IMG/VR virus record: IMGVR_UViG_3300031746_002572
From: an uncultured virus (IMG/VR IMGVR_UViG_3300031746_002572)
Lineage: Duplodnaviria; Heunggongvirae; Uroviricota; Caudoviricetes
DNA length: 64,000 nucleotides
Strand: one strand, 5' to 3'
How positions within the stretch are numbered: the first letter of the stretch is position 1; each line of letters starts with the position of its first letter. This document shows positions 9,738 through 18,054 of this stretch, piece after piece. The notes under the pieces were generated by a model. It ran no database searches and was not told the DNA's origin. It worked only from the letters and a program-made list of their open reading frames with translations. Made by a program: the position numbers and the translations under genes.

Positions 9738-9751
9738 GGCAAACGTTGTAT
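9692..9751 (+). repeat. attC-like site
   Basis: AACCAAC-A-GCCCTAT / ATAGGGC-AAAC-GTTGTAT. Confidence 0.8.
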
Positions 9752-9783
9752 GCCATTTTGCGCGAACATGAAAGGGGCGACAA

Positions 9784-10068
9784 ATGAATATTAAAATTCT
9801 CGATGCTAAAAAAGAGACATATTGGTATTCACGATTTATTGGGTCCGTGTTTGAAGTTACCGGGAAAGACAGTCCTGCTGGTTATTTTGTTCGACATGAT
9901 GGTTTTGATCAGCAGTATGTTGTTGACAAAGCAGATTGTCGCCCCACGACGAAAGGAACGCGCAAAACGGAGAAGCGTAGCACGGGGGCAGTAGCACATA
10001 CAACTGGCGCTATGCTAAAATGCCCTCATTGTGGAAAGGAAATTCGTATCGTAGGCACATCAGCATAG
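9784..10068 (+). CDS. Cassette hypothetical protein
   Basis: SD AAGGGG; C-terminal CPHC encoded in the hairpin loop. Confidence 0.7.
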   Translation: MNIKILDAKKETYWYSRFIGSVFEVTGKDSPAGYFVRHDGFDQQYVVDKADCRPTTKGTRKTEKRSTGAVAHTTGAMLKCPHCGKEIRIVGTSA

Positions 10069-10083
10069 CGCCATACGTTGGTG
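9998..10083 (+). repeat. attC-like site
   Basis: ATACAAC-TGGCGCTATGCT / AGCATAGCGCCA-TAC-GTTGGTG. Confidence 0.85.
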
Positions 10084-10123
10084 TAAAAATCGGCGGGTGG
10101 AATGCGCGCCAAGAAAGGAAATT

Positions 10124-10405
10124 ATGGAAAAAGATAAAGAGCCTTTTGCGTATCAATATGACCATGATAATGGGAACGATTTTATTATAACTCGCGCAAG
10201 TAACAGCAACACGTATTTTGGCAAAGAAGCAAACGATTTAATGTTTGAAATGTATAAAAGGCAAAGGAATAATGATTTTTATCCTAACGAATTTAATAAC
10301 CAGTTATTGATTGAATTGAATAACAGAAAAGAATGGGCGCGCTCAAATAGATATGTTTTGGCCGCCGATTCATCAACCAACAGCCCTTATATGGCGCAAG
10401 GCTAA
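10124..10405 (+). CDS. Cassette hypothetical protein
   Basis: ATG after AAGAAAGG. Confidence 0.65.
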   Translation: MEKDKEPFAYQYDHDNGNDFIITRASNSNTYFGKEANDLMFEMYKRQRNNDFYPNEFNNQLLIELNNRKEWARSNRYVLAADSSTNSPYMAQG

Positions 10406-10439
10406 ATGAGTACACTTCATATAAGGGCATACGTTGGTT
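10375..10439 (+). repeat. attC-like site
   Basis: AACCAAC-A-GCCCTTATATG / CATATAAGGGC-ATAC-GTTGGTT. Confidence 0.85.
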
Positions 10440-10483
10440 GAAAGCCTGCCTAATTACGGAGCGGGCGCAGGAGAATTAAAGAA

Positions 10484-10633
10484 ATGACAAGACTTGAAGA
10501 CATAAAAAAGAATCTGCTTATTAAACACGAATTATCCGTACTGGATATTAATTGGAAATGTTTAAAGCAAGGGGAATTGGGAAAATTGATTTCATGGGAA
10601 ATTAAAAAAGACAAAGGAAGGAAAATAAAATGA
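10484..10633 (+). CDS. Small cassette protein (49 aa, below ORF-track cutoff)
   Basis: SD AGGAG; MTRLEDIKK...; ATGA overlap with next gene. Confidence 0.55.
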   Translation: MTRLEDIKKNLLIKHELSVLDINWKCLKQGELGKLISWEIKKDKGRKIK

Positions 10634-10947
10634 CAAATGAATTAAATTTACGCCAGGATGGATTACCATTATTCCATTCGGAAGACAGATTGTTTTTTGG
10701 CAGAAAAGAAAATGGCGATGTTATCATTATTAAAAAAGGAGTAGATGCTGGGGGTGGTTTTGAAGAGATACTGTTTAAACAAATTATTCCAAACGATATT
10801 TGGTGTTCTGCTGTAGCGTCTGTTTCAAAATTGGGAGAAGAACAGGGGCGATGGTACAAGGCAACGGAATTTCATAACCAAGATGCGCCCGCGAATATCG
10901 GAACGGCAGGCCATCAACCAACAGAGCAAAGTAAGGCGCAAGGCTAA
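10630..10947 (+). CDS. Cassette hypothetical protein ending DAPANIGTAGHQPTEQSKAQG
   Basis: SD AAGGA. Confidence 0.7.
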   Translation: MTNELNLRQDGLPLFHSEDRLFFGRKENGDVIIIKKGVDAGGGFEEILFKQIIPNDIWCSAVASVSKLGEEQGRWYKATEFHNQDAPANIGTAGHQPTEQSKAQG

Positions 10948-10986
10948 ATTGCGAAGCGCAACTTCTTACTTTGTCGGACGTTGTAT
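10916..10986 (+). repeat. attC-like site
   Basis: Identical to 6736-6802 from AACCAAC to GTT. Confidence 0.85.
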
Positions 10987-11028
10987 GAAAGCCGGTTGCG
11001 AAAACCATTTATAGGAGCGGCGCAAATT

Positions 11029-11493
11029 ATGACAGAAAAGGAAATGGAAGAAAAAAATAAAAAGCACCTCGAAAGAGTAAAATTATATGAAAACACAATT
11101 ATTAATAATAAAAACAGGTTGTTTCTGTGTCCGTTTTGTGGAGACTTCCCAATTTTAGAAAGAAACAAACATTCGGGGAGTTTTATAAATATAGAATATC
11201 ATGCGAGATGTGATTGTATGCAAATTTCAACACCTTATTACAGAAATATTGAACTTGTTATAAAAAAATGGAATACCCGCGCCGCAATTGCGGAATCGCC
11301 CGCCATCATACAACAACCGCTTTGTGCTTCGGAGGCCAAATTGCCAAGTTTTGATGAGGTATTTAAAATGGTCAAGCAACATCTTTGTGCTGTTCGTGAT
11401 TCCGGAACTCTTTGGAAAAATATTGGCGATGATGAAATTATAAAAAACACTTATTTAGCTATTGAAAAACTTGGCAACTTCACAAAGTGGTAA
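11029..11493 (+). CDS. Lar-like Zn-ribbon protein with attC-encoded C-terminal extension
   Basis: LCPFCG...ARCDC...KKWNTR; tail ESPAIIQQPLCAS shared with 5771-6100. Confidence 0.6.
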   Translation: MTEKEMEEKNKKHLERVKLYENTIINNKNRLFLCPFCGDFPILERNKHSGSFINIEYHARCDCMQISTPYYRNIELVIKKWNTRAAIAESPAIIQQPLCASEAKLPSFDEVFKMVKQHLCAVRDSGTLWKNIGDDEIIKNTYLAIEKLGNFTKW

Positions 11494-11502
11494 ACGTTAG
11501 CC
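11308..11502 (+). repeat. attC-like site with long coding loop
   Basis: ATACAAC...ACCGCTTTGTG..TTGCCAAGTTTT / AAAACTTGGCAA..CACAAAGTGGT-AAAC-GTTAGCC. Confidence 0.8.
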
Positions 11503-11548
11503 AAAATAAACCGCGCTGAGTTTATAGTTCGGCGGCAATGGAGGAACA

Positions 11549-11821
11549 ATGGATTTGCATGTTTTATTTGGATCGGCCCTCTGCTACACTAAGGAATTTA
11601 CTATAAACGGTGTGGCCGCATCAGACAAGGATTTCGGCGAGAAATATGATCGATCACCCGATGATGCAGAACTGTATGGGTGCGGGGACATGCGGTTTAC
11701 TCGCAAGCCATCTCTCGCCGAAATTCTTTTGAAGTATGCTATAACCGAGGGTGAGTATTCAACCGTTTGTGATAAGTTGGAAGAGGGCCTTTCTTTTGGA
11801 TCGTGCGGATGGTGTGTTTAA
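11549..11821 (+). CDS. Cassette hypothetical protein (C-terminal CGWC)
   Basis: SD GGAGG. Confidence 0.7.
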   Translation: MDLHVLFGSALCYTKEFTINGVAASDKDFGEKYDRSPDDAELYGCGDMRFTRKPSLAEILLKYAITEGEYSTVCDKLEEGLSFGSCGWCV

Positions 11822-11865
11822 TTGTCCGCCGCCGAAAGAAAGATAATCGATGCGCGGTTTACATC

Positions 11866-11926
11866 GGCTAACAGCCAAAGCCGCGCAATGTCAAGGCCCA
11901 CTGCGGGCGTTTGGCGAACGTTGGGC
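11866..11926 (+). repeat. attC-like site
   Basis: GGCTAAC-A-GCCAAAGCC / GGC-G-TTTGGC-GAAC-GTTGGGC. Confidence 0.85.
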
Positions 11927-11984
11927 ACAATTCGCCCGCAATACATGGCCCCATCGTGGGGCCTAAGAATTAAGGAGAGGACAA

Positions 11985-12428
11985 TTGATTAAAAATTACA
12001 CAAGCGGTGTTCCAGCACAAAAAAGCGTTATGAAGATAGAAGAACTTCTGGCAATTCATGGAGCGCAAAGCGTAGTGAAGCAATACGAAAACCAGAAGTT
12101 AATTGCAGTTTCCTTTTTTATGCAGATCACCGGGAAGCTCATCCCATTTCGTCTACCCGCTAGAATATCTCAAGTGGAAAAAGTTTTAAAAGCAGAGGTC
12201 AAAAAACCACACAAGGGGACTCTTGACAGAATCACCGAACAATCGGAAAGAACAGCGTGGAAAATAATTTTGGATTGGGTAGAAGCGCAAATGGCGCTGG
12301 TTGAATTGCAACAGGCGGAAATGGCAGAGATATTCATGCCATATATGTGGAGTGAAAAATTAGGTCAATCTTTTTATCAAATTGCCGTTGAAAAAGGTTT
12401 TAATCTTTTGGAGGCACCAAAGAAATGA
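11985..12428 (+). CDS. Conserved phage-type hypothetical protein
   Basis: TTG start after AAGGAGAGG; IKNYTS...RTAWKIILDWVEAQMA. Confidence 0.7.
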   Translation: MIKNYTSGVPAQKSVMKIEELLAIHGAQSVVKQYENQKLIAVSFFMQITGKLIPFRLPARISQVEKVLKAEVKKPHKGTLDRITEQSERTAWKIILDWVEAQMALVELQQAEMAEIFMPYMWSEKLGQSFYQIAVEKGFNLLEAPKK

Positions 12429-12477
12429 AACATACGCATAGTTGTGGTAAAACCGCGCAAAGAAAGGAGTAACAACA

Positions 12478-12699
12478 TTGAAAAATAAATTTTGGTACAT
12501 AAAAGAAAGACATAATCCGCAATTCAAACAACCGTATTACGTTGCCCTTGGAAACATATCGAAGAAACAAGCAAAAGCGTATGAAAGTTCAATATACGGG
12601 GATAATACCGTTTTTAGCTTCGACTCGGAAGAAAGGTACAGAGAAGAAATTAAGAGATTAAAAAATGCGCGGTTCAACGTACAACAGGCCGCTTTATGA
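12478..12699 (+). CDS. Cassette hypothetical protein
   Basis: TTG start after AAGGAG; flanked by AACCGCGCA / TGCGCGGTT. Confidence 0.65.
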   Translation: MKNKFWYIKERHNPQFKQPYYVALGNISKKQAKAYESSIYGDNTVFSFDSEERYREEIKRLKNARFNVQQAAL

Positions 12700-12839
12700 A
12701 ACTATCGCATCACAAAGCGATGAACGCATGCGGTACGGGGCAAAAGCCCCAAATTGCCGAAGCGTCAACTTCCGCATAGCGAAAACGGTTGAAAGCCTGC
12801 CTAATTACGGAGCGGGCGCAAAGAAAGGAAAATTAAAGA

Positions 12840-13304
12840 ATGGTAACAAATAAAAATTCTCATATTTGGTGCAGGCTTTCTGGCCCAGGCCGTGGGGACT
12901 GTGAACATTTTATCGGATTGCCGGACAAAATAGATGATAGTGCAACCGATGAATATGGTATTCCATTTGGTTGGTGTGAATGGTGCTGGTTAGTTTTTAA
13001 ATTTGAAGAATTAAATAAAGTTTACAAAAATGCAAAGGCTGTCGTACAACATTGGAATGAATTTGGGCCAGAGTATGGACATGAAGAGCATGTTGATAGC
13101 TTGGAAAAGTCAATTAAAAAATACCATGAAGCAATTGGAACTAAAGATGCGCCCGCCAATCTTAGAACGGCAGGCCATCAACCAACAGAGCAAAGTAAGA
13201 CGCAGCCAGAAATTTGCCCTCATTATTTTGAGGCGACCGATGGGGTACATGCTTGCGTGGTAGGTCAATGTGCGTGTCATGGCAACCTATCTGGCGTGCG
13301 GTGA
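12840..13304 (+). CDS. Cassette hypothetical protein containing DAPANLRTAGHQPTEQSK
   Basis: Same leader/trailer shell as 6377, 7705, 10433 and 57725. Confidence 0.7.
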   Translation: MVTNKNSHIWCRLSGPGRGDCEHFIGLPDKIDDSATDEYGIPFGWCEWCWLVFKFEELNKVYKNAKAVVQHWNEFGPEYGHEEHVDSLEKSIKKYHEAIGTKDAPANLRTAGHQPTEQSKTQPEICPHYFEATDGVHACVVGQCACHGNLSGVR

Positions 13305-13323
13305 ACATAAGGAGGCGGCGCAA

Positions 13324-13674
13324 ATGACAAAAACAAAACATCATTTTGGAAGATTAGAATTTAAAAGCAACAACCTAAAGTTACTTGATAAATTAAAACT
13401 ATTTTTTTACCTTTTGTTTAATAAAAAAATTGTGTTTGTAAATATAGAATTGATAGTAGAAAGCGGCATGATAGAAAATGAACTTGCTTTACTTTGTGAA
13501 GTTGCTTCGCCGGGAATGTTTCCAACCACTGTTCTTACATCAAATATTCTTTGCAATTGGCCTCGTGAACGTATTGTAAGATTTGCAAAGCATCTTCTTG
13601 GTGATAAGTGCCAGGAATGCCGCGCTTGTGAAAACAAGGAAGCGATTGCCACAACCGAGGAAAGGAAAACATGA
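13324..13674 (+). CDS. Hypothetical protein
   Basis: ATG after AAGGAGG. Confidence 0.6.
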   Translation: MTKTKHHFGRLEFKSNNLKLLDKLKLFFYLLFNKKIVFVNIELIVESGMIENELALLCEVASPGMFPTTVLTSNILCNWPRERIVRFAKHLLGDKCQECRACENKEAIATTEERKT

Positions 13675-13856
13675 AAATCTCTATTGCCGAACACATACAA
13701 GAAATTGATAGATTAGTAAAGCGATATGGAGTTGAGTTTGATTATTATTCGTGGAACGAAATAAAAACAGCACTACAAACGCGATGTCCAAATTTAATAG
13801 AAGATAAAAACAAAATATGGAGATGTAAAATTATAATTGAAGATGCGCAAAAATAA
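13671..13856 (+). CDS. Hypothetical protein
   Basis: ATGA overlap; SD AAGGA. Confidence 0.6.
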   Translation: MKISIAEHIQEIDRLVKRYGVEFDYYSWNEIKTALQTRCPNLIEDKNKIWRCKIIIEDAQK

Positions 13857-13876
13857 TGAAGTTTGGCATAGATGTT

Positions 13877-13997
13877 TAATAACCGTATGGCGAAGCAAAT
13901 TTGGCAACCAACGGAAATAGGAATTGTACCAGCAATGAACCTATTACTTATAGCCGTTGTCTGGTGTTGCCAAACTTCGCCATACTCTATGTTAATT
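13877..13997 (+). repeat. attC-like site
   Basis: TAATAAC-C-GTATGGCGAAG..TTTGGCAAC / GTTGCCAAA-CTTCGCCATAC-TCTAT-GTT. Confidence 0.8.
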
Positions 13998-14028
13998 GGT
14001 GGAAACACGGCACGAAGGAGGCCGCACA

Positions 14029-14199
14029 ATGAAAAAAACAAAAGACGATATTGAACTTTCGATTCGAGCAGCAAAACTTGGGAAAAAAGTTCTTACCTTG
14101 GTTGCTATTACAGATAAGGGTCTTGCCTTGCTTATATTGAAGGAAATTGCTGAAATATTAAAAGAAACTGAAAAATGGCTAAAATCATGCGCAGCTTAA
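14029..14199 (+). CDS. Last cassette hypothetical protein
   Basis: SD AAGGAGG; followed by trailer and a truncated attC-like site to ~14289. Confidence 0.6.
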   Translation: MKKTKDDIELSIRAAKLGKKVLTLVAITDKGLALLILKEIAEILKETEKWLKSCAA

Positions 14200-14325
14200 T
14201 TAGATTTTTGGCGTACCGTGCATCCATCAACAAACAAAGTAAGGTGCAGGGCTAAATTGCCGAAGCGTAAACTTCGGCATAGGTTGAATGTTATTAATAG
14301 GTAAAAGAATAATTCAACAGATATT

Positions 14326-15126
14326 ATGTATTATAGAGAACAAGAATTTTATTCTATTATTGAGCGTTTATATAATTCAACTATTTTGAAATGTAAAAAA
14401 TGCAATAATGGTTTTATTGAAAAGAAAATTAAAGATATAGAATCTTCTATTTATTCTGACCCTTTAAAGTGCGATTGTTTTAAAGTATATGAAAAGTGCA
14501 AATCATATATAATTAGTGGTATTCCTAGAGAATTTTGGGATGCTAAAAATAAAGACTTACAAATAGAACCGGATAATAAAAAAACAATACAAAAATATAT
14601 TGATAATATAGAAAAAATGTATTTAAAGGGGCTAGGTATTTTATTTATAGGTTCAAAACTTGGTCTTGGCGAACCTAATAGTGGCAGTGGCAAAACAATT
14701 TCAAGTATTAAAATATTAGAAAATGCGGCAGAAATGAAAAAAAACGTTCATTATATAACTATGAATAGTTTTTTTCATTTTTTATATAGAACGATGAGTG
14801 ATGATATAAATAACAATAAAGAGCACTATTTGAATTTAATAGACGAAATTAATAGTGTTGATTTTTTGGTTATTGATGAAATAGGGAAGATTAAAAAATC
14901 CGATTATGTATATTATTGTTTCGAAGATATGATAAGAAAGCGGGCAGCGCAATTACTTGTAACGATATTGATAACTAATATGAGCGAAAAAGAATTAGAA
15001 GATTTTGTAGGGCCTTCTTTAATGGATATATTAAAAACGACGATGATTAAATTAAGATTGGAGAGTAAAAGTTATAGAGAAAAGAAATTTTTAGATATAA
15101 AACAAAACTTAAATATAGGAGGTTAA
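14326..15126 (+). CDS. DnaC/IstB-like AAA+ ATPase (helicase loader)
   Basis: CKKC...CDC, SGSGKT, FLVIDEIG, ILITN. Confidence 0.85.
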   Translation: MYYREQEFYSIIERLYNSTILKCKKCNNGFIEKKIKDIESSIYSDPLKCDCFKVYEKCKSYIISGIPREFWDAKNKDLQIEPDNKKTIQKYIDNIEKMYLKGLGILFIGSKLGLGEPNSGSGKTISSIKILENAAEMKKNVHYITMNSFFHFLYRTMSDDINNNKEHYLNLIDEINSVDFLVIDEIGKIKKSDYVYYCFEDMIRKRAAQLLVTILITNMSEKELEDFVGPSLMDILKTTMIKLRLESKSYREKKFLDIKQNLNIGG

Positions 15127-15336
15127 ATGGAACAAAGAACATATACGATTTCTATAAAAGAATTAAATAAATTTCTCTTCCCGATGCAGGGAAAGATAGG
15201 AATTGAAGAACTTACTTTTATACATAGAGAAGAAGAGATAGACGGGATTAAACACAGTATACTCTCTATTTGCGGCACGACTCCTAATAATATTATAGAC
15301 CTTAAAGAAATTATAAATTTGGCGAATATAGAATGA
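15127..15336 (+). CDS. Hypothetical protein
   Basis: SD AGGAGG; couples to dnaB. Confidence 0.6.
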   Translation: MEQRTYTISIKELNKFLFPMQGKIGIEELTFIHREEEIDGIKHSILSICGTTPNNIIDLKEIINLANIE

Positions 15337-16616
15337 TAATTCAATTACAACGTGCTATTATTTCCGGTATGATTTATGATAATAATTTTTTTCTTGAAGC
15401 CAAGAAAATAATAAAATCTGATTATTTTTCTTCTGACGCACATAAATGGATTATAAAACAAATAATTCTTTTTGATAAAATAACCCCAGCTATACTTATA
15501 AATGAATTTAAAGATAAATGCAACGCTATGAATGAGGATTTAAAACAGATAGTAGGGGAAGAATTAAAATTAATACTTAAAAAGAATGATTTAGTTGAAG
15601 CTAATTACAGTATTAATATTTTAAAAGATTTTATAGAACGTCAGGAATTGGAAACTCATTTATATGATGCCGTACAGATATTGAAAAGTAAGAATGATGT
15701 CAGAGCGGCTAAAAACAAATTAAAAGAAATTTATAGTAATGATGATGATAATGAATTTATTAAAACCATAAATATTATTGATGATTTTGAAGATAGAATA
15801 AATATAAGAGAAGAAAAGGTTAGAAATAATGAGGTTATTTTTTACCCAACCGGTATAAAACTATTGGATCAGCAATTAGGAGGCCCGCAGGTTGGCGAAT
15901 TTTGGTCGTGGTATGCGGACACAAATATGGGCAAATCAGCACTAGCTATGAATATGGGTAAGATTTGTATGTTGATGTTGGTTCCGGTATGGCATATTGT
16001 AGTTGAAGATATGCTTGAAATGACGATGCAACGGTATGATACGTCTTTGTCTGGTCTTGAATATTTAAAACTTACAAAATGCGATTATACTAAAGAAGAA
16101 AAAAATAAGTTGTTTAATATATTTGAATTATTAAAAAAGAAAAGAGATAAATATTTGTATGTGACTAAAATCGAAGAAGGTTGTACGATGGCAGAAATAG
16201 AAGAAGAGTATAAAAATCTTCAAAATAAATATGGTTTTAAACCAAATGTAATTATTCTTGATAGTCCCTATAATATGGAACCTACCTTTAGAAGAGAAAA
16301 TTATCGTTTGAATTGTTCGCAAATTTATAAAGAAATACGTAAGTTTACTAGATATAATAAAGTAGCTTTTAATGCTTATGATCAGAGTAAACAATCGGCA
16401 AGAGGTATAGTTGCTGATTTAGAAGATGCGAGTTCTGAAAGTTATGATAAAGCTAGAATTGTTGATGGATTTATTACAATTAATCAAACAAGGATACAAA
16501 AAAAAGAGGGTATTATGGAATTATTTGTGGCTAAGATGAAGGGGAGAGAAAAGTATATGTCTTTTTTTATAAGACCTTGTTTAAATATAATGAGATTTGA
16601 TTCGATTGAAAAATAA
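15333..16616 (+). CDS. dnaB: Replicative DNA helicase (DnaB/gp41-like)
   Basis: PTGIKLLDQQLGG, ADTNMGKS, IILD, VAKMKGR. Confidence 0.85.
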   Translation: MIIQLQRAIISGMIYDNNFFLEAKKIIKSDYFSSDAHKWIIKQIILFDKITPAILINEFKDKCNAMNEDLKQIVGEELKLILKKNDLVEANYSINILKDFIERQELETHLYDAVQILKSKNDVRAAKNKLKEIYSNDDDNEFIKTINIIDDFEDRINIREEKVRNNEVIFYPTGIKLLDQQLGGPQVGEFWSWYADTNMGKSALAMNMGKICMLMLVPVWHIVVEDMLEMTMQRYDTSLSGLEYLKLTKCDYTKEEKNKLFNIFELLKKKRDKYLYVTKIEEGCTMAEIEEEYKNLQNKYGFKPNVIILDSPYNMEPTFRRENYRLNCSQIYKEIRKFTRYNKVAFNAYDQSKQSARGIVADLEDASSESYDKARIVDGFITINQTRIQKKEGIMELFVAKMKGREKYMSFFIRPCLNIMRFDSIEK

Positions 16617-16618
16617 AT

Positions 16619-16650
16619 TAGTAATAAGGAAAAGAATAATTGTATTTATA
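16619..16650 (+). promoter_or_regulatory. Promoter-like motif, copy 3
   Basis: TAGTAATAAG-N11-TTGTATTTATA, then AAGGAG and ATG 16667. Confidence 0.7.
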
Positions 16651-16666
16651 TAATAAAGGAGATAAA

Positions 16667-16843
16667 ATGTCAGATATTACTATGAACGTAGTTAAAGAAA
16701 AACAATTAATTCTTGTAAGTGAGATTATTAAACTTGTAAAAAAGTTTGAAGAAGATACAGGGGTATGTGTTAATGACGCTTCTTTTATAAAAGATTTTTC
16801 TGGTAAAACTAATGACGTGATTTTGAATTGTAATTTGAAATAA
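16667..16843 (+). CDS. Hypothetical protein
   Basis: ATG after AAGGAG. Confidence 0.6.
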   Translation: MSDITMNVVKEKQLILVSEIIKLVKKFEEDTGVCVNDASFIKDFSGKTNDVILNCNLK

Positions 16844-16850
16844 AATTAGC

Positions 16851-17843
16851 ATGATTGATTATAAAAAAATATTAGTCGATAAATATGGTGGGCATAAATC
16901 AAAAATGTCTTCCAGACAAGAAGAAATATCATTACATAATTGTCCTAAATGCGGGAAAGATGGCGATCATTTTAGTTTTAATGTTTTAACTTGTAAAGGT
17001 GGTTGTTTTAGTTGTGGCTATACGGTATTTAATTTTTGTGATTTAATTGCACATATTGAAAATATAACTATAGAAGCGGCAAATATTTTTGTTTCTGGGA
17101 TAGAGGGGAAGAATAAATTAGATATTATTGATGATTTTTTTGTAGATAAAAATAATAAAAGCGAAATAAAAAAATATGAGCATATTAATGTGGAATTACC
17201 GGATGAATTTATTTTAATGATTGATTATTTAAGACACCCTGTGGCTAGAATACCTAAAGTTTTTACGAGTCGTAAATACCCATTATCTATTATAGAAAAA
17301 TTTGGGCTAGGTTACTGTGAAACCGGGAAATATGCAAATCGGATTATATTTCCAGTGTATTGTAAAGATAAAAAATCTTTTGTTGCGCGACGAATAAAAG
17401 ACATTATGCCGGAAAAATATAAGAATCCATTAGGTAGTTTACATTCACAATTATTATATGGATATAATTTTATTTCTAAAGATAAAATTATTTTCTTGAC
17501 AGAAGGGCCTACTGATGTTTTGAGATTGGCTTCTTATGAATATTTTGCTGTTTGTTCTTTTGGAAAAAAAGTATCTTATGAACAAATTGATTTATTGGTC
17601 GATCTTGAACCAAAAGAAGTCGTATGCGTCTTTGATGGAGACGCATTAAAACAGAATATAAAAGCATTTAATAAATTATCTAATAGATTAGATACGACTT
17701 ATATTATATTGCCGGATGAATATGATCCTGACGATTGTCCAAGAGATATTTTTGAATCCTGTTATATTAATAGGAAAAATATGTCTAAATTAAATTTTGT
17801 TGAAGAATTTTTGGATATTAAAATTAAAAGGAGGATATTGTAA
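16851..17843 (+). CDS. dnaG: DNA primase (Zn finger + TOPRIM)
   Basis: CPKC...CFSC, RIIFP, KYKNP, EGPTD, FDGD, DPDD. Confidence 0.9.
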   Translation: MIDYKKILVDKYGGHKSKMSSRQEEISLHNCPKCGKDGDHFSFNVLTCKGGCFSCGYTVFNFCDLIAHIENITIEAANIFVSGIEGKNKLDIIDDFFVDKNNKSEIKKYEHINVELPDEFILMIDYLRHPVARIPKVFTSRKYPLSIIEKFGLGYCETGKYANRIIFPVYCKDKKSFVARRIKDIMPEKYKNPLGSLHSQLLYGYNFISKDKIIFLTEGPTDVLRLASYEYFAVCSFGKKVSYEQIDLLVDLEPKEVVCVFDGDALKQNIKAFNKLSNRLDTTYIILPDEYDPDDCPRDIFESCYINRKNMSKLNFVEEFLDIKIKRRIL

Positions 17844-18037
17844 TGGTTGGAATTAATGTTAGCGCAAAAATAACTATAGAAATAACAATAGAATCCGAGA
17901 AGGATTTTGAAACTATGAAGGAGGTGTCAGCTTATTTAAAAACTAGTGTTTCAGCGAAAGGTATTTCTCCTGTAGCTAATATGACTTTAAAGGGTATAGG
18001 AGAGGCGATTCAAAAATTTATTGATACGGATAATTAA
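17843..18037 (+). CDS. Hypothetical protein
   Basis: SD GGAGG; TAATG coupling. Confidence 0.6.
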   Translation: MVGINVSAKITIEITIESEKDFETMKEVSAYLKTSVSAKGISPVANMTLKGIGEAIQKFIDTDN

Positions 18038-18054
18038 TTTTAAAAGGAGTTTTT

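Larger units (their letters stand above)
5662..14290 (+). mobile_element. Integron-like cassette array A (about 12 clear and 4 degenerate attC-like hairpins)
   Basis: Co-oriented small genes separated by AAC...GTT hairpins; visibly more GC-rich than flanks; no integrase in window. Confidence 0.85.

Noticed and set aside
5678..14074. Minus-strand ORFs across array A
   Set aside because: Shadows of GC-richer + strand genes and repeats; SD sequences and gene tiling support the + strand
5960..14290. Array A hairpins as simple intrinsic terminators or REP elements
   Set aside because: No U tracts, often translated, sequence-diverse yet always bounded by AAC and GTT with cassette-specific pairing
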